From contig MU062133.1 in assembly GCA_013265495.1 (NCBI GenBank), forward strand, positions 5,409,819 through 5,473,818: 64,000 bases of DNA, written 5' to 3'. The notes beneath the pieces are model-generated. The model did not search any database. It worked only from the letters and a program-made list of their open reading frames with translations, and was not told the origin of the DNA. The DNA comes from Vicugna vicugna. Its lineage: Eukaryota. How positions within the stretch are numbered: the stretch's first letter is position 1; each line of letters opens with the position of its first letter. Below, in pieces: positions 1 through 14,029 of the stretch. A program made the position numbers and the translations under genes.

Positions 1-1250
1 TTAATAATAGAAGATGAGTAAGCCATGCTTTATTTTTTAATGTGGTCTTTCCGTTCATATACTTTGCTGATATTTCCACTGAGCTATTTTCCTTTCTGTA
101 TTGCTTCATAAGAGCTCTTTGTATAAAATAGCTATTAATTGTTAGTTTATCATATATATTTGCAATTATTTTCTATTTTTTCATTTCCCTCCCTGAAACT
201 TGGGTTTTAAACTACATTTATGGTAAATATTTTTATAAAGATCTTTAAATTCTAAGGTACTCACATCTTTATTCCCCTCATGATTTTGAATTTTATGTAT
301 CTTTAGGAAGGCTTTCTCTACTATAAAATTATAAAATAATCTATTTTATTCCAAATTTTTTTTTATATTTACTTTTTGAAAAATATTCATGTGATAGGGA
401 ACATTACTTCCATTAATTTTAAATGTGAATTGTTCCTATAAAGTACTATCATGTCACATTTACATGGGTCTGTTTCTGAACTATTTATTATGCTCTAGTG
501 ATCAAAATACTATTAATAGCATAAATTTATATAGCATTTTTCCATCTAGTAGATAACCTATTGATCTTTATGTTCAAAAATTTCTTAGTTATTCTTAGAC
601 TCTTTCTCCAGATAAACTTTAGAGTTAAATTACTAATTTCCAAAAAGTATCCCTTTGAACAGATACTGAATTTTGAGTTTCCTTTGGAAAGAACTAACAT
701 CTCTATAATATTTTTCAATTAAGAAAATGGAAATGAGGGCCAAATGAATTGATTTAGATCTCACTTTATTTGCTTCAAGATATTTTATACTTTTTTCCTT
801 ATAGGATTTAAACTTTTCTAATTATCTGTATTCCTGTTTTTGAGATTTTTTACTTCTGTTACAGTCAAGATCTTCTATTTTCTCAGTACATTTTATAAAT
901 TGATTATTCACAGCTGTGGTATATAAGACAGCTACTGATGTTTTTAGGTTGCTCTTGCATGAAATCACTTCATTCCATAGACGTTTTAAGGGCTTAAGTA
1001 GGTAAATCCATAATTCAATTTGGATCTAAGTAGTTCGTGATTTTCATGCTAGTGGAAATGGTACTTTTCTTTTCTTTTGTTTTTCTTTGACTCTTATTAA
1101 TTTCTTCCTTACGCTTTTAGTGTTTGTTGCTATTTTCCTTTCCCTTCTCTATTTGAATGTTTTGATTATTTCTGTGAACTGGATAAATGCACTTAAGTAT
1201 GTAAATTTCCTCTGAGTACTGCCTTGGCCACAGCTTGAATTTTTTTAATG
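1..1250 (-). mobile_element. Old, heavily diverged L1 (L1M/L1ME-type) fragments
   Basis: Very T-rich segment with decayed antisense L1 ORF2-like motifs (e.g. ttactaatttccaaaaag...tttggaaagaactaacatctctataata). Boundaries approximate. Confidence 0.55.
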
Positions 1251-4200
1251 AATTCCATTTGTTAAGAAGCCCTAATAAAAACATTTAACAAAGCATTAGG
1301 CTGAGAATTTAAATGACAACACAAACAAATCTGTTCATGTTCTAATTGCTCAGTTCAGCAGTTATTTCCAATTATCTGCATTTCTACTGTGCATCAGGTT
1401 CAGATACTGATACTAAAAAAAAAAGAGTATTATAATAATAGATCGTTACCCACAGGACTCTCATATTACTAGTTATTTTAGACCTTATATCTGATCCCAT
1501 ACTTCAGTCCTACAGGTTTAGATCTCAGATTTGACTCCAGACTAACTTTCCGCACATTTCCTACTCAGACTTGGAGCTTCCATTTGAGCAGGACATGGCC
1601 TGGGTTCAGTTCCTGAGCATGGTTTGTCTTCTTCCTCGGCAACTTGTCCATATTTTGACATTAGATCTGTGGCCTGACTCTAAAATTTTCTGTGCTATTG
1701 TCTTCCCTACAATTGTCCTTTTTACAGCCTTGCAATTTAAGGATAGAAAACTTGAGTGTTTGAGATACAAAAAAAACAAAACAAACAAAAAATCCACTGA
1801 TTTCAAAGTTATCACCATGTTTAACTAAACCTTGCTAAGAGACAGACCTCAAGGCTTGCCAGAGGTTGTTTCTATACACACCTTCTCATGTCAAAGTTAT
1901 ATAGCTTTACAGCTGAATCTAGCTCATTAAACCCCTCAGTTACTTCATAACTCCTTTTGAAGCTCTGCTGTATTTTAATTCAGTCTCTCTAATCTCTCCC
2001 CCATAATAAAAGAATAATAAAAATATTATTCCTACGCTATAATCTAATTTATTTCTACTTATTTTACATTCTACTTCACTACTACTTTACTTTGTACATA
2101 TTTCCTCTTCTTTTAAGTTTTTAAAAATTATTAAAATATTCCTTTCATAGTAAATGTTATTTGAAAATCCATTTGTAATGGCTGTAAAATAGTCCATTAT
2201 ATTATTGTATTCTGATTGAACAACTTTTGTATTGTGTAGCATATTCTTTTTAATTTCTATGTAGGTTCATTTTTTTAATGGATCTCTGATTAATATTGTG
2301 GAATATATCACTTGAGTTGAAGATTATAGGCAAAACAATATGGATATTTTAAGACTCAATCCATATTATTATATACTTTAATTAAAAGTTTATACCATTT
2401 ACAGCAACAATTAAATTCATTATTTACCTCATTATACTTTTTAAATCATTGACCTCTTCTTTCTTTCTTCTATTTAATAATTTAAAATTGTATCACTTTA
2501 TTAAAATTTGCCATTGTAAGGACTAATAATTTTGTTTTTGTGTTCTTTATCAACATATATTTTATTTCTCCTCTTAAAAATTTTTCTTTACATACTTATT
2601 TTTAATTTTAGTGCTTTTCTCATTGGTTTATAAGAATGTTTCACAAAGAAATGCTATCAAGTCATATCTTATATGTGATACAAATATTAAAGTTTTAAAT
2701 TTTAATGTTTATCAAATATATCAGTCTTTGCCTTCATGATTTTCCTTATTGTTTATATTCTTATAAAGTTCATGTTCTTTGCAAGATTAATTAACTGTAT
2801 ATACTATATATATTTTAAAGCTTATAATTTTGCTTTTCTTAAACATTTTACACATTTAAAATTTATTTTTAATGAATTATAATGTTTGATAAATTTTGAA
2901 GTTTCCCGTAAATTCAATTGTTTTAACATAATTTATTGAATAATTTTCATAAGATCCATATGTGTGTGATGTCATAAGTAACTTAATGAATTAAAATGAG
3001 TCACCTAGAAAAACTTTTTAGTGTAGCTTTAGTAATTTTTCCCAATATATTCTTGAAGAATGGATAATTAAATATTTTATAGATTTTCACTTATATATTT
3101 GCTATTATTTTCCAAAGTTCAGTATTACATAAAATGAGAAACACATGCTTCCTGATGTCTTTTCTTTTTAGAATTCAAAAAACAAGAGAAATTTATAGGA
3201 TGTGTCTTCTGTTTTCTAGTTCTCTAAAAATACCTTCAGAAATGAGAATTTAAACAAGTAGTGGTTGAATTTTCAGTTCTCCATTTCCAATTTAAGAGTC
3301 TTGTATTTAATATATTTTGGATAATGACAAAAATAGAATCATTCTTGCCATGAGAAGTTTATACATTTGCCTTTTCTGTGACTTGAATCATGGAGATAAA
3401 TAGTTGCAGATTTTTGTCTCTAAGTAGTAGAGACTGACAACAATGAACCAGTCACATTTCTCATGTCAACTTGCCCAAACCCTCCCCCGTGCCGCCTTCA
3501 GCGGAGCAGGACATTGCCTTAGAAGGTCAAAACATTGATACAACCTGAAGTAAGTGATAAAGCATCCACATCAGCCTCACTAGTACCAGGAGACTAAATA
3601 AAATTCTCATTCATTTATATGAACAACTGTAGTTGTTTAAAGGTACATATTTTAAGTAAAATTTTCCAAATATGGACTATCAAGGCACATGCAATTAATT
3701 GTAAAATATCACATGAACGTGAAAGGGAAGATCTAAGCTTCAACCTACTCTTCTTGGATTAAATTCATTGCTTTTTCTCTAAACTGTCATGAGAGGGCAT
3801 ATTTGAATGAAGAGTTCAATGTTTAAAAGTTTAGATGAGTTTGGGTTATTTAAACATGTCCTTTGCCTTCTGAATGATTATGTTATAGTCTACAGAAAGG
3901 ATGGCCTTAAATCCAAATTACATTCTATCATTGGTTTTGCAGGTCTATCTTGTACTCTTACAGCATGTTAAGGCATATGCACATGCATGTTTCTGAGCTT
4001 CAGAGTTATTACATAAGGATTTTGCAAATTGAGTTTACACTGTTGACTATAATGGAAAATCTAAACCCATCAAAATGTCAATTACATACTCTGATATTGG
4101 CATACTGGATATTTCTGGAGGCTGGAGGGAAATTTGACCTTTTTTAACGGATGACTTCATATTCCCTTCTTTGTCCTGCCATCATTGTCAAAGTCTTATG

Positions 4201-5277
4201 CTATCCCAATGCACAAAGCCATAGGTTTTTTTGTAGACTGATGAGTTGTAGTTGGTTGCCAAGTTTCATGGATTGACATCATACCGAGCAGCAGCACTAG
4301 CATTCTAGATGCTTGTAACTGCGAGCATGCTCAAGTGAGAGATTGACGGTCATTGGCTAGTCCTGCTCCCCCAGCACATATTAATTCAGGAGAAGGAAGA
4401 CTGGATAAATTGGCCAGAATCAAGTCTCCTACATACAGAATGAGACTATATTTCCAGACTGTCATCCATATACTCCATCTCCTCACTGTTTCATTGCTTT
4501 ATCTGAACTATAAATTCAGACTCTGATCTGGTAACTTGATCTAATTCTAGATTATGCTTTTTACTGCTAGTGGGGCTCAACTTTATCCATACCTGACCCT
4601 GGACTCTGGGAGACTGACCTCTTTACCCTACAAACCAATATATTGTCTCTACAATGATCCAAAAAAAAAAATCAGAATACTGTTTGTCTCTTAACAGAAT
4701 TTCTTATAAACAATAAAATAGCACAAAGATTGATTTGATCAATACTTTAAGTTAGGATGAGCTTCCTGAGGGCTCAGCACTGCCTTTAGTCTTCTCATTT
4801 TCATTAATCCAAAGGAAAATAAATCACACTAATTAAATTTGCTTTTCTAAATTGGATGGTATTATAAACCAGGGAGAAACAACCAAAAAAGGGGAATTGG
4901 AAATGTTGGGTAGCAGTGGTAAACAAAACACACAGGATCCATCTCAGAAGAGGAAAACCAACCTCCTGGAAGAAAGTTTTTCTGTTTATTCAGGTCTACT
5001 TCAAAGAGAAGTAATAGAGAAGACCTAGCAACTGATATCTGTGAGTCTACCACTTGCACAGGCAGACTACAAAAGTGGGAAGTCACTTCCTGGAAGGGAA
5101 GAGTTCAACTGATTCCATCAAAATTCATATTATCATACTTGATCTTTTGCTTTCCAAATTGTTAGTACTTAGAACATGGGGAAGCTCCCGTGTGAACCAT
5201 TCAGGCAGCTGGTTTACATATACATTTCTTACTCAGGGTCACTTAATCTGGGTCCCAAGAAACAGTATGTCACCTTC

Positions 5278-5450
5278 CCAGTTACTGTCTCTGTGGCTTT
5301 TGTGGTACTTATTCTCTGAGCTGCAAATATCTCATCCTACAATAAGGATAATAACCCTTTCTACTTTGTAGGGTTATTTAAAATTAGATAAGAAAGTGCA
5401 TGTAAAAAGCCTGAAGAAGTGTTTGTCATATAGTGAGTGCCCAATACATT
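5278..5450 (+). mobile_element. MIR SINE
   Basis: Core-like tctctgagctgcaaatatctcatcctacaataaggataataa followed by a MIR-type 3' end (catatagtgagtgcccaata). Confidence 0.6.
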
Positions 5451-6689
5451 TTAACACTTTCTAAATATTATTAAAAATGCTTAGATAAACATCTACGCAA
5501 AAAAAAGATTAAAGTCTGCCAAGCCAGGTCTAAAGCTGTACATTTAGCTAGTAAGAAAGGAGTGATGATCTGTGTCATAGGCAGTTAGAATGCCTGCCCT
5601 CTGAAAGTTCACCATCCAGAGAAAAATACAATTAAGTGTAAGGAAATGTGTTGATGTCAACAGCAGAGGTGCACAGTAAGTGCTGTGAAACTCCAAGGGA
5701 AAATGTCACTAACTCTGTATTGAGAAGTTTGAAAATACTTCAGATAGAAAATGACGTTTCAGTGGGTTCTTTAAAGATAAGTGAGAGTTTTATAAGTGGA
5801 GAATGATACAGGAGCATCCTAAAGATGGAGAACAATGTTTCTGAGGCCATAAAGTGAGGGGGAAAAAAAGCATGAGGTGAGTAGTTTGATATACTTGAAG
5901 TCGAAGAGCTAAAAAGCAAGGGGTAAAAGAGAGGAAAAGAGTTAAAAGATTCAGTTTGGAAAAAGATAAGTTCAGTTTGCAAACAATATTGAATGGAATG
6001 CTGGGTGTTTAGATATTATCTTGAAGTCAATGGTGAACTGAAGGATATTCATCTGGGGAGAGATAAGTGTTTAAAGCATAACCATGGAATAGGACAGCAA
6101 GAAACCTGCAAGGACATGGGTGAGGTGAGTGCTGATCCACTCAAGAAAATCCCCAAAGGTAGAAAGTCTCCACAGGAGACAGCCACGTGTTCAATAAAGG
6201 GGCATACACAGTTCATAGAGCTACGCTCTGAGGAAAGAGTAAGTGGAGTACAAGTTATAGATCGAAGGGTATATCATGTTGGATGGACACCTGAGACACA
6301 ATCTAAATAAGAAGCCTCCTGATGTAGTAAAGTGCTGACTCCCTGATCCATTGTTCAGGAAGCATTTGTATGGAATTTTCCAATGGCTCACAAAGCCAAA
6401 TCTACTATAAGACTCGGAGGAAAGATAGAAGGTGTATGTGAAGCACTCTTGAGGGGTGAAAAGAAGTTTCTGAGAAGTAACTTTGAAAAGAAAAACCAGA
6501 GCCAGTGAGAAGTACTGCTTTCATTACCCACAGGAAGAGCTCTGTTTCTTGGGAGAAAAGTCTGGAAGAGGTCAATGGGCAAAGGAGAGACACATATACC
6601 AAGAAGCAAGTTTGGAAAATAATATTCCCAGGAGAAGGCAGGGAAACAAAAGCGGGCTTTGCAGACATAATACCTGAGATTGAACTCCA

Positions 6690-6858
6690 ATCCACCATTT
6701 AGTAACTATATAATCCTGAGTATATTATTTAAATCATCTTAGCTTCAGGTTTCTCATCTGTAATGTAGGGGTTATTGTACCAATGTCACAAGGCTGTTGT
6801 GAAGATGAAGCAAAGTGGAATATGTCAAGCATGTAGGCAATAATAGATGCACAATAAT
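6690..6858 (+). mobile_element. MIR SINE
   Basis: Core cttcaggtttctcatctgtaatgtagggg...ttgtgaagatgaag and MIR-like 3' end. Confidence 0.7.
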
Positions 6859-7677
6859 AGATACAATCCACACACGTTAATTCCATTCACTTGTTCTCTA
6901 CCCCTGACCAGCTCTAAGCCTAGAGATATACATCCTGCTTGATAACTTTATCCCAGGTCCTGGCAGCATCCAAAGGTACAAGAGAAGAGACTGAGGCATC
7001 CAATCCTTGGACACAAAGCAGACCACCAAAATTTGTCTTGGCTCTCTCAGTTGCCCTTTTGGGGACTTTTTGGTCATTATTTTCTATACCTTTAGGAGAG
7101 AAATTTGTGGTTGTTTTCAGTGCAGGTGCTTTTCCGATGAGAATAGAGCTCATTTTAATGGCTTCAAGGGACCAACAATATAGTTTAGATTTGAAAATAC
7201 TCTCTCATTGTTTTATTAAAACAACATTGGAGTCAGTAGCTACAGTCATGACTGATAGCTTTTTTGACTGTCAATTTCTCAACTGGAAGTTCAAGAAAGT
7301 ATATGCATTAATTTTAGTCAATTGGGAATTTGCAACATCATTGAAAAGCTACTAGAAAATCAAAATTCACTGCTATTACTTCCTGAGTTCCAGACTATAT
7401 TTTCAATAAGAGATGACTAATTCTCTCCTTCTAATGTACTTCCACTGCACCCCGATTTCCTGTCAGCCTATTAGCTCAGAATTCTAAAGAAATGCTTATC
7501 ATCTAAACTTTCAGAGTTTATCTAATATCCTCTAGAACACAGGCTTGCAACTTTATGAAGGATCATAAATTATTAAAATTAAACTACAGTCATGTCTTGA
7601 TTTACTCACTGAATACATAATAGTGTTATCATCATTGTTAAGGGGACTGAAAATGATGTAAAGAAAACTGCTGATAA

Positions 7678-7780
7678 GAGTCAAGTGAGCTGGACTCTTA
7701 GTTTCTCTGGGGCCTGGAGCAAGTCACTTCACCCTTTGGTGCCTCAGTTTATTCACCTGTAAAACTGGGACGATGTTTTC
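7678..7780 (+). mobile_element. MIR SINE fragment
   Basis: ggagcaagtcacttcaccctttggtgcctcagtttattcacctgtaaaactggg matches the CORE-SINE core. Confidence 0.7.
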
Positions 7781-9199
7781 CCTGGTAACACTCAAGATTT
7801 TTGAGAACATACTTTTAAATAGTATTGAAAATTATAACACACAATGTAAAAAGTCTTCTGGAATTATTGGTATTGGAAATGGTGCAATTTATGTTGAATT
7901 TTAAACTGTCAGTCTATCAAAAACTTGTTTTCAGCTCTGGGTTCACTAATGCCTGACTCTCTCTAAAAATAACCAGCAATTTCAGTAAATTGTAAAAGGA
8001 GAACATTTGCAGGGCTTCCTGTCAGTAAAGACCATTTACGTGCTTGAAAGAAATGCCATTTTGATATGACAAATATAAATCCTGAAATTCTCTATAACTA
8101 ACCATGCCTGGCAAAGAGAAAATTCCTTTAGAAACTTACCATGCCACAGGATCTCCTGGCACAATAAAAACCTTTATTCCAACAGGTGAGGATGAAGAGA
8201 GCTCAGAAGTCTCACTGAAATTTTTAAACTTTTTTTTCAAAAGCAAGTAATTATACCACTTTCTAATTTTCAACAAATGCTACCCATATAGTGATGGCTC
8301 CCCAAGTTATATCTCTAACCCAGGAGACTCTCTTGAGACCAAGCTCCATTCATTCAAAAGCCAATTGGATACTTTATAGTCCTCGTATCCATGACTCAGC
8401 TTAACAGCTTCCACATCAACCATGGTCTTTCTCCTTTCTTCACATGATTATGGTTTCCTTTGCATAAGCCAAAACCTATCCAGTCAATTTAGCTGAGGCT
8501 ATATTCCTGCCATCTAGGGGTCCAACTGTCATTTAAATACAAAACATCCATCTTCCACACCTCTTGTGTGCCTAGCTCTGTGTCTAATTCCAGCTATACC
8601 TAAAGCAAACTTAGTCCACCATTTCTATATTCCACTAAGGAGTAGGCAGAGAAAGAACATAGAGCAGAGAAATGGGAATGAAGCTAGCAATAGTTTTGCT
8701 TGGTCCTGGGGCTAAGAATTAATGTTTGACATATCTAGAGATGTTAAATTTGACTGTCTTTATTGTTGTCGTGGGAAGAGATGTAAATTGGGTTCAAAGC
8801 TTGACTCATCACTTAGTAGCTTATGATCTTCAGAGGGTCTTTTGTCATATCTGACCTCCCTTTCTTTGTTTGTGATTTAAACTTCATAATTACTCTCCTT
8901 CCTTGCACAGTTAAGATGGCCTTAAAGGTGAGCTCTTACAGTTAAAGAAGCAATCTAGGTTGTGAAATTTTAGGTAGTATGAATGCCATCATCTTTTACC
9001 ACAAATTCTACAATCATCCTGTCTGTGCTCTTTCCTCCTTCTTTCTACCTGGTACAGTGAAACATCATTTATTTAGTGGAAATTTTAAATTTCTAAACGT
9101 CTCATGTAATCATACACAAAATCTTCAATGTCTGATGCACTTTCCTCAGTTTATGATTTTAAAAGCTTATTCTTTTTATTTAATAGGTCATTGATGAAG

Positions 9200-10450
9200 T
9201 CTTTTTGCTTCTATTTTTTTAAGGTAAATTTTATATACAGTAAGTTCTTGGTTAAAAACAGACTCATTATGTGAATACATTAAAATGTACCTTTTTAATT
9301 TTTTTGTTTTGTATATATATGTATTTTATTGAAGTATAGTCAGTTTACAATGTTGTGTCAATTTCTGGTGTATAGCGTGATGCTTCAGTCATACATGAAC
9401 ATGCATATATTCATTTGTATATTCTTTTTCACCATAAGTTACTAAAAGGTATTGAATATAGTTCCCTATACAGTATGAATTTGTTGTTTATCTATTTTAT
9501 ATATATTAGTTAGTATCTGCAAATCACCTTTTTTAGCATATAGTTCTACAAATTTTCACAAAAGACAGTCCTAACACAAACAAAACAAAAGATCTTCTCT
9601 TATGTTTTATTCTAGAAATAGAAGTTTATAGTTTTAGGTTTTACATTTGAATTTTTGATCTATTTTGGATTGATTTTTGCATAGGATATATAGGAATGGG
9701 TCAAAGTTTTTTCATTTTTGCATATGGATATATAATTTTTAGTACCATTTGTTGAAAACAGCACTTTTCTCTATTGAGTTGCCTTTGCAGCCTTGTCAAA
9801 TATCAATTTTTTCATATGTATGGATTTATATCTGGACTCTGCATTCGGCTTCATTGAGCTACATGTCTATCAGTTTACCACTGTTTAGATTACTGCAGCT
9901 TTATAACAAGTGTTAAAATCAGATAGAGTTAGGCCTCCAAATTTATTCCCCTTCAAAATATTTTGATTGTTTATATTTTTTATTATATTATATGCATAAG
10001 ACAAAATATATTTCCTCTACTAGATGAAATTTAAGTCAGGTTGTCAAGTTCAACCTGATTCTAACACAAAAGATCTTCCTGGGATTGGGGTCAGCTTCAA
10101 TTTATAGATAAATTTGGGGAGAATTGACATGTTAAAGATAGTGTGCTTTCCCATCTATGAATATCATATAGCTCACCATTTATTAAGTATTTTTAATATC
10201 TTTTTTAGTTATCAGCATACAGCTCCTGCACATAGTTTGTTAACTTTATATCCAAGTATTTCATGTTCATTGATGCTCTAGTAAATGGTATTTTAAAAAT
10301 TCAATCTCTGATCTTTAATTACTAATTATAGAAATATCATTGATTAATATATATACATACCTTCATATCCTGCAAATATTCTTTTATTAGTTGTAGTAGA
10401 TCTTTGAGGACTAGAATCTTTAGAATTTGTTTTTATATAGACAATCATGT
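9200..10450 (-). mobile_element. Old L1 (L1M) 3' UTR and ORF2 fragment, interrupted by a younger L1
   Basis: Antisense ORF2 motifs (catttgttgaaaacag...gcctttgcagccttgtcaaatatcaatt...gatttatatctggactct). The sequence aaaatgtacctttt resumes as ttagcatatagttctacaaattttcacaaa after the insert. Confidence 0.8.
9299..9525 (-). mobile_element. 5'-truncated lineage-type (camelid) L1 3' end
   Basis: T-rich tail then ttttattgaagtatagtcagtttacaatgttgtgtcaatttctggtgtatagc...tagtatctgcaaatc. It is the reverse complement of the L1 3' end at about 62310-62510. Flanked by an accttttt repeat (about 9289 and 9526), consistent with a TSD. Confidence 0.85.
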
Positions 10451-10699
10451 CTATGGAATAATTGTAATTTTTTATTTTTCTATTTAATCTCCATTATTGT
10501 TTTATTTTTCATACATTCAAAATTTTTTAGTTGTTGCCTTTGAGCTTATGACACATGTCATCAAGCAATTACAGAAATTTCAGATACTATTGTACTACTT
10601 CACATAATTAGAAGAACTTAAAACCCAGTGATTCCCTCTTGGCTTCTGTGCTATTTGTATCACATATTCTACTTTTGAATATGTTGTAGACCCCAACTA

Positions 10700-12320
10700 C
10701 TTTCCTATTATTGTTGCTTTGGAGAAAATTATCTTCTAAAGCAAATACAAATAAGGACAATGTATTTATATTTCATTTTATTTTAATAATTTCTGGAGAC
10801 CTTTGTTTCTTTCTGTACATCCAGGTTTCTGTGTATTATCACATTCTGCCTAAAAAAATTCAGTTAATATTTTTTCTTGTGTGGGTCTGTCAGTCAAGAA
10901 TTAAATCTATTTTGAAATTCTTTATTTCTTCTTCATTGCTGAAAGATACTTTCAGTGGATGTAAAATTGTGTGTTGGCTTATTTCTTGTCTCAGAAGCTA
11001 TCTTTTGTCTTTGAAGATATTCACTGTCTTCTGGCTTGCATAGTTTCTGATGAGATATCCTTTATAGTTCTACATTTGTTCTTTCGTATATACTGTGTCT
11101 TTTTTGCTAAGGTGCCCTAAATATTGCCTCTATCTTTGGTTTTCAGCAGTTTGAATATGATGTATGTGGGGTGGGGGGCGGGGGGAAGTGTCTTGATTTT
11201 ATCACAGGGTGTTGTCTGAGCTCTCTAGATCTGTGGGGGGGGTGTCTTTTGTGTTTTGGAAAATTATCAGTCATTACTTCTTTAAATAATTCTTATGCTT
11301 CATTATCTCTCTTTTCTCCTGGGATTCAAATGACACATATGTTAGCTCTTTTGATGTCATCCCACAGTGCTTAGATACTTTGTTCTGTGTTTATTTTTCC
11401 ACTACATTTCTCACTGTGTTTAAGTTTGGATAATTTCTATTGACCTATTCACTGATGTTTATATCCCTTAAGTTTGTTGAGTCTAATGAATTAGTCATTG
11501 GCATGCTTCATTTCTGTTACTGTATTTTAATTCTAACTTCCAATTTGATCTTTTTAAATAGTTTTCATCTCTCTGCTGAAATTCTCCATATATTCATTCA
11601 TGTTTTCCACTTTTTCCACAAGATTCCTTCGCATATTAATTATAGTAATTTTTAATTCTTTGTCTCATAATTCTAATATCTGGTTCTTATCTGAGTCTGG
11701 TTCTGTTGACTATTAAGCCTCTTGATAGTGGGTTGGTTTGTTTGTTTCCTGATTTTTTTGTGTGATGGATGTATTTTGTTGGAAACCTAGACATAATGTA
11801 AAGGACAGTAGAGATTGAGGTAAATAGCATTTATGCCTGAGCATATGAATACTACTTGTCCTGCTTGGCTATTAGCAAAAAGACTTGATGTCTCCTAGGC
11901 CTGCACCACAAGATGTGTTTCTATGGTCTTCTTCCCTGCCATCAATATTTTCCGTGATTTCTCAGTAGAGATCCATGGAGAAGAACCTATGAGTGGTTAT
12001 AAACACCCTTTGTGTCTGAAGCCCCAGGAGCCTCACACTGTCCCACACTCAGACTTTAACAGTTGTTAAAGATTTTAACTGAATTTTTCTTTCCCACTCG
12101 ATGGAGGACCTGTCTTCCTCCCCTAATTTGCATTGACTAGTCATTTATTTTGTTGTACTTCTCCTTGGATATGCCTAAATTTCTCTAGATTTCAGGCAAG
12201 TTGCTTGCTCTGCAACCTCACCTCTTTGAATGACAGCAATTTTGATTTTTACATGACTTGACTTCTCTTTATTGTTTTGGTGGGGGCAATAATCTTTCCA
12301 ACATTACATATCCGAAGTGG
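10700..12320 (-). mobile_element. Old L1ME-type 5'/ORF1-region fragment
   Basis: Antisense motifs typical of ancient L1 5' regions (gaaagatactttcagtggatgtaaaatt...gtcttctggcttgcatagtttctgatgag...tttggaaaattatcagtcattacttc). Confidence 0.65.
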
Positions 12321-14029
12321 AAGCCAGATGCCCACTATTTTCTTAAGACAATGAAAACAATGTGCATTTGTATATGTACTTATCAAACCAATCTAGAGAA
12401 ATCAATGAGGACTTTAATTGTAACAAACGAATTATTTCTTAAATGTTTCCAGAAATTATAATGTGTCTATGACAATTTTAAAAAATGCACAGAAGAGTCA
12501 AAATCCATTTTTGCTATTAAAAAGCTCGCAACCTATTGGGAGAGATTAGAATGATAAGGAGGAAAGTATACAAGTCAGTGTCAAATTCTTCTATTCCTCT
12601 CTATCACCTTTAGACAATAATAATAAAGTAACTTTCCTGCTATGAAAGACTGTGGCTTGGATCCTGACCTTATGGGAACTCAGTCAACTATCTCTAAGAG
12701 GCATTAGGAAGCTTGTAGGGAACATACAACCACCTGACCACAGTCATCTTGTCTTAATAAGTCACTATAAAAACTGACCAAACAAAATGTTAAAAGAGCA
12801 TATTAAGAGAATTTATCATCAAATCTAGCTCCAAAAAAGAATGTTGAAAATGATACTGTTTGATTCTCTTTGGTCTTCTTTGATGGCATCTGAGTACATT
12901 TTCAGCAGTTAATTGCTACTTTTCCTTGATTGTGCCAAGGTGGGAAAAAATATTAAGAAGGAGATGCAATTATATAGGAATAAGAAAAGTGTGTGAGTGT
13001 GTGAGAGCATAAGAGCCCAAAGGATGGTTCACATTTAAATACATACGGAAATTGAAAGTTTTAAAATTCTCTGCAAAGTCATTCTTATCTTGGGTTATAA
13101 AAAATGGTATAAGGACAAATTTGGCTTTTGAAGCAGAGAACAGAGGAGAATAGAATCAGCCAGATGTTCAGATAAACTGCTGAGGCCCCACAGCATTCTA
13201 CTTAATGCCACCCTATCATCCATTTTAGTACAATTTAAGATTGAGAGCACAGTCAGACTGACAAATACATTTGCTCAAGACCTTCCCCATTATAATGCCA
13301 TTAATATCTCTGGGCTCAGAGCCAGACAGGAACATCTGGTATGGATTATGTTTTCACAGAGATAAACTTGCAGATGTTCAAAATTATTTTTAAGAAAATT
13401 TATGATAACTAAAATGAAAAAAATGGTAAAAATGAGATCAGGAATAATATGGTATAGATGAATTTTTGAAAATGTTTTTATATATTTTAACATACTATAA
13501 TCAATATGTTCACATGGTTAAAAAAAATATAAATCCATATAGAAGGATTAAAGAACTTTTTAATTATTTCACCAAATTCCTCACATTCCTAGTCCCACCC
13601 TTATTTAAACTTCCTTGTAACTCTTGGTATTTTTTAATAATATACAATAATACTAAATCTCACAATTCTAAAGCATATACCCACAGCTCTATTTCTGTAG
13701 CTACATGTTTTATTTAAATATTGGTTCCCTATGTAAAAGATGAAAATATTAGTTTACTTAATATTGTTCCTGCTTTATTTGATGTTATTATTTATGTAAT
13801 TTAATTTGAATCTAATTATTATTAAGACTTAATTTAATTATTATTTCACAGTTTAAAATAGCATACTTAAAACTACATTTCTTCATCTATTAGATCATCT
13901 GCTCGTAGAGTACCTACATCCATTAGATCATTAGATATTAGATCAAGGCTCTGATGTTTTACTGATAAAACTCTATCAAATATGTAATGAATAAAAAATA
14001 CTAAATTCTTAAGAAAGAAAATATTTAAA

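Noticed and set aside
3502-3549. Plus-strand 48-nt exon-like segment (ccttcag|CGGAG...CTGAA|gtaagt)
   Set aside because: Stops in all three frames and no partner exons. Compatible with chance splice motifs.
4287-4335. Imperfect hairpin near an agcagcagcac (miR-15/16-like) string
   Set aside because: The stem is only about 40 nt with mismatches, too short for a pre-miRNA, and does not match any mature miRNA I know.
6939-7355. 138-aa ORF
   Set aside because: No recognisable domain and no supporting gene structure. Its length is compatible with chance in 64 kb.
11168-11185. G-run cluster (also at 52128-52145)
   Set aside because: Only three clear G-tracts, so not a canonical G-quadruplex motif.
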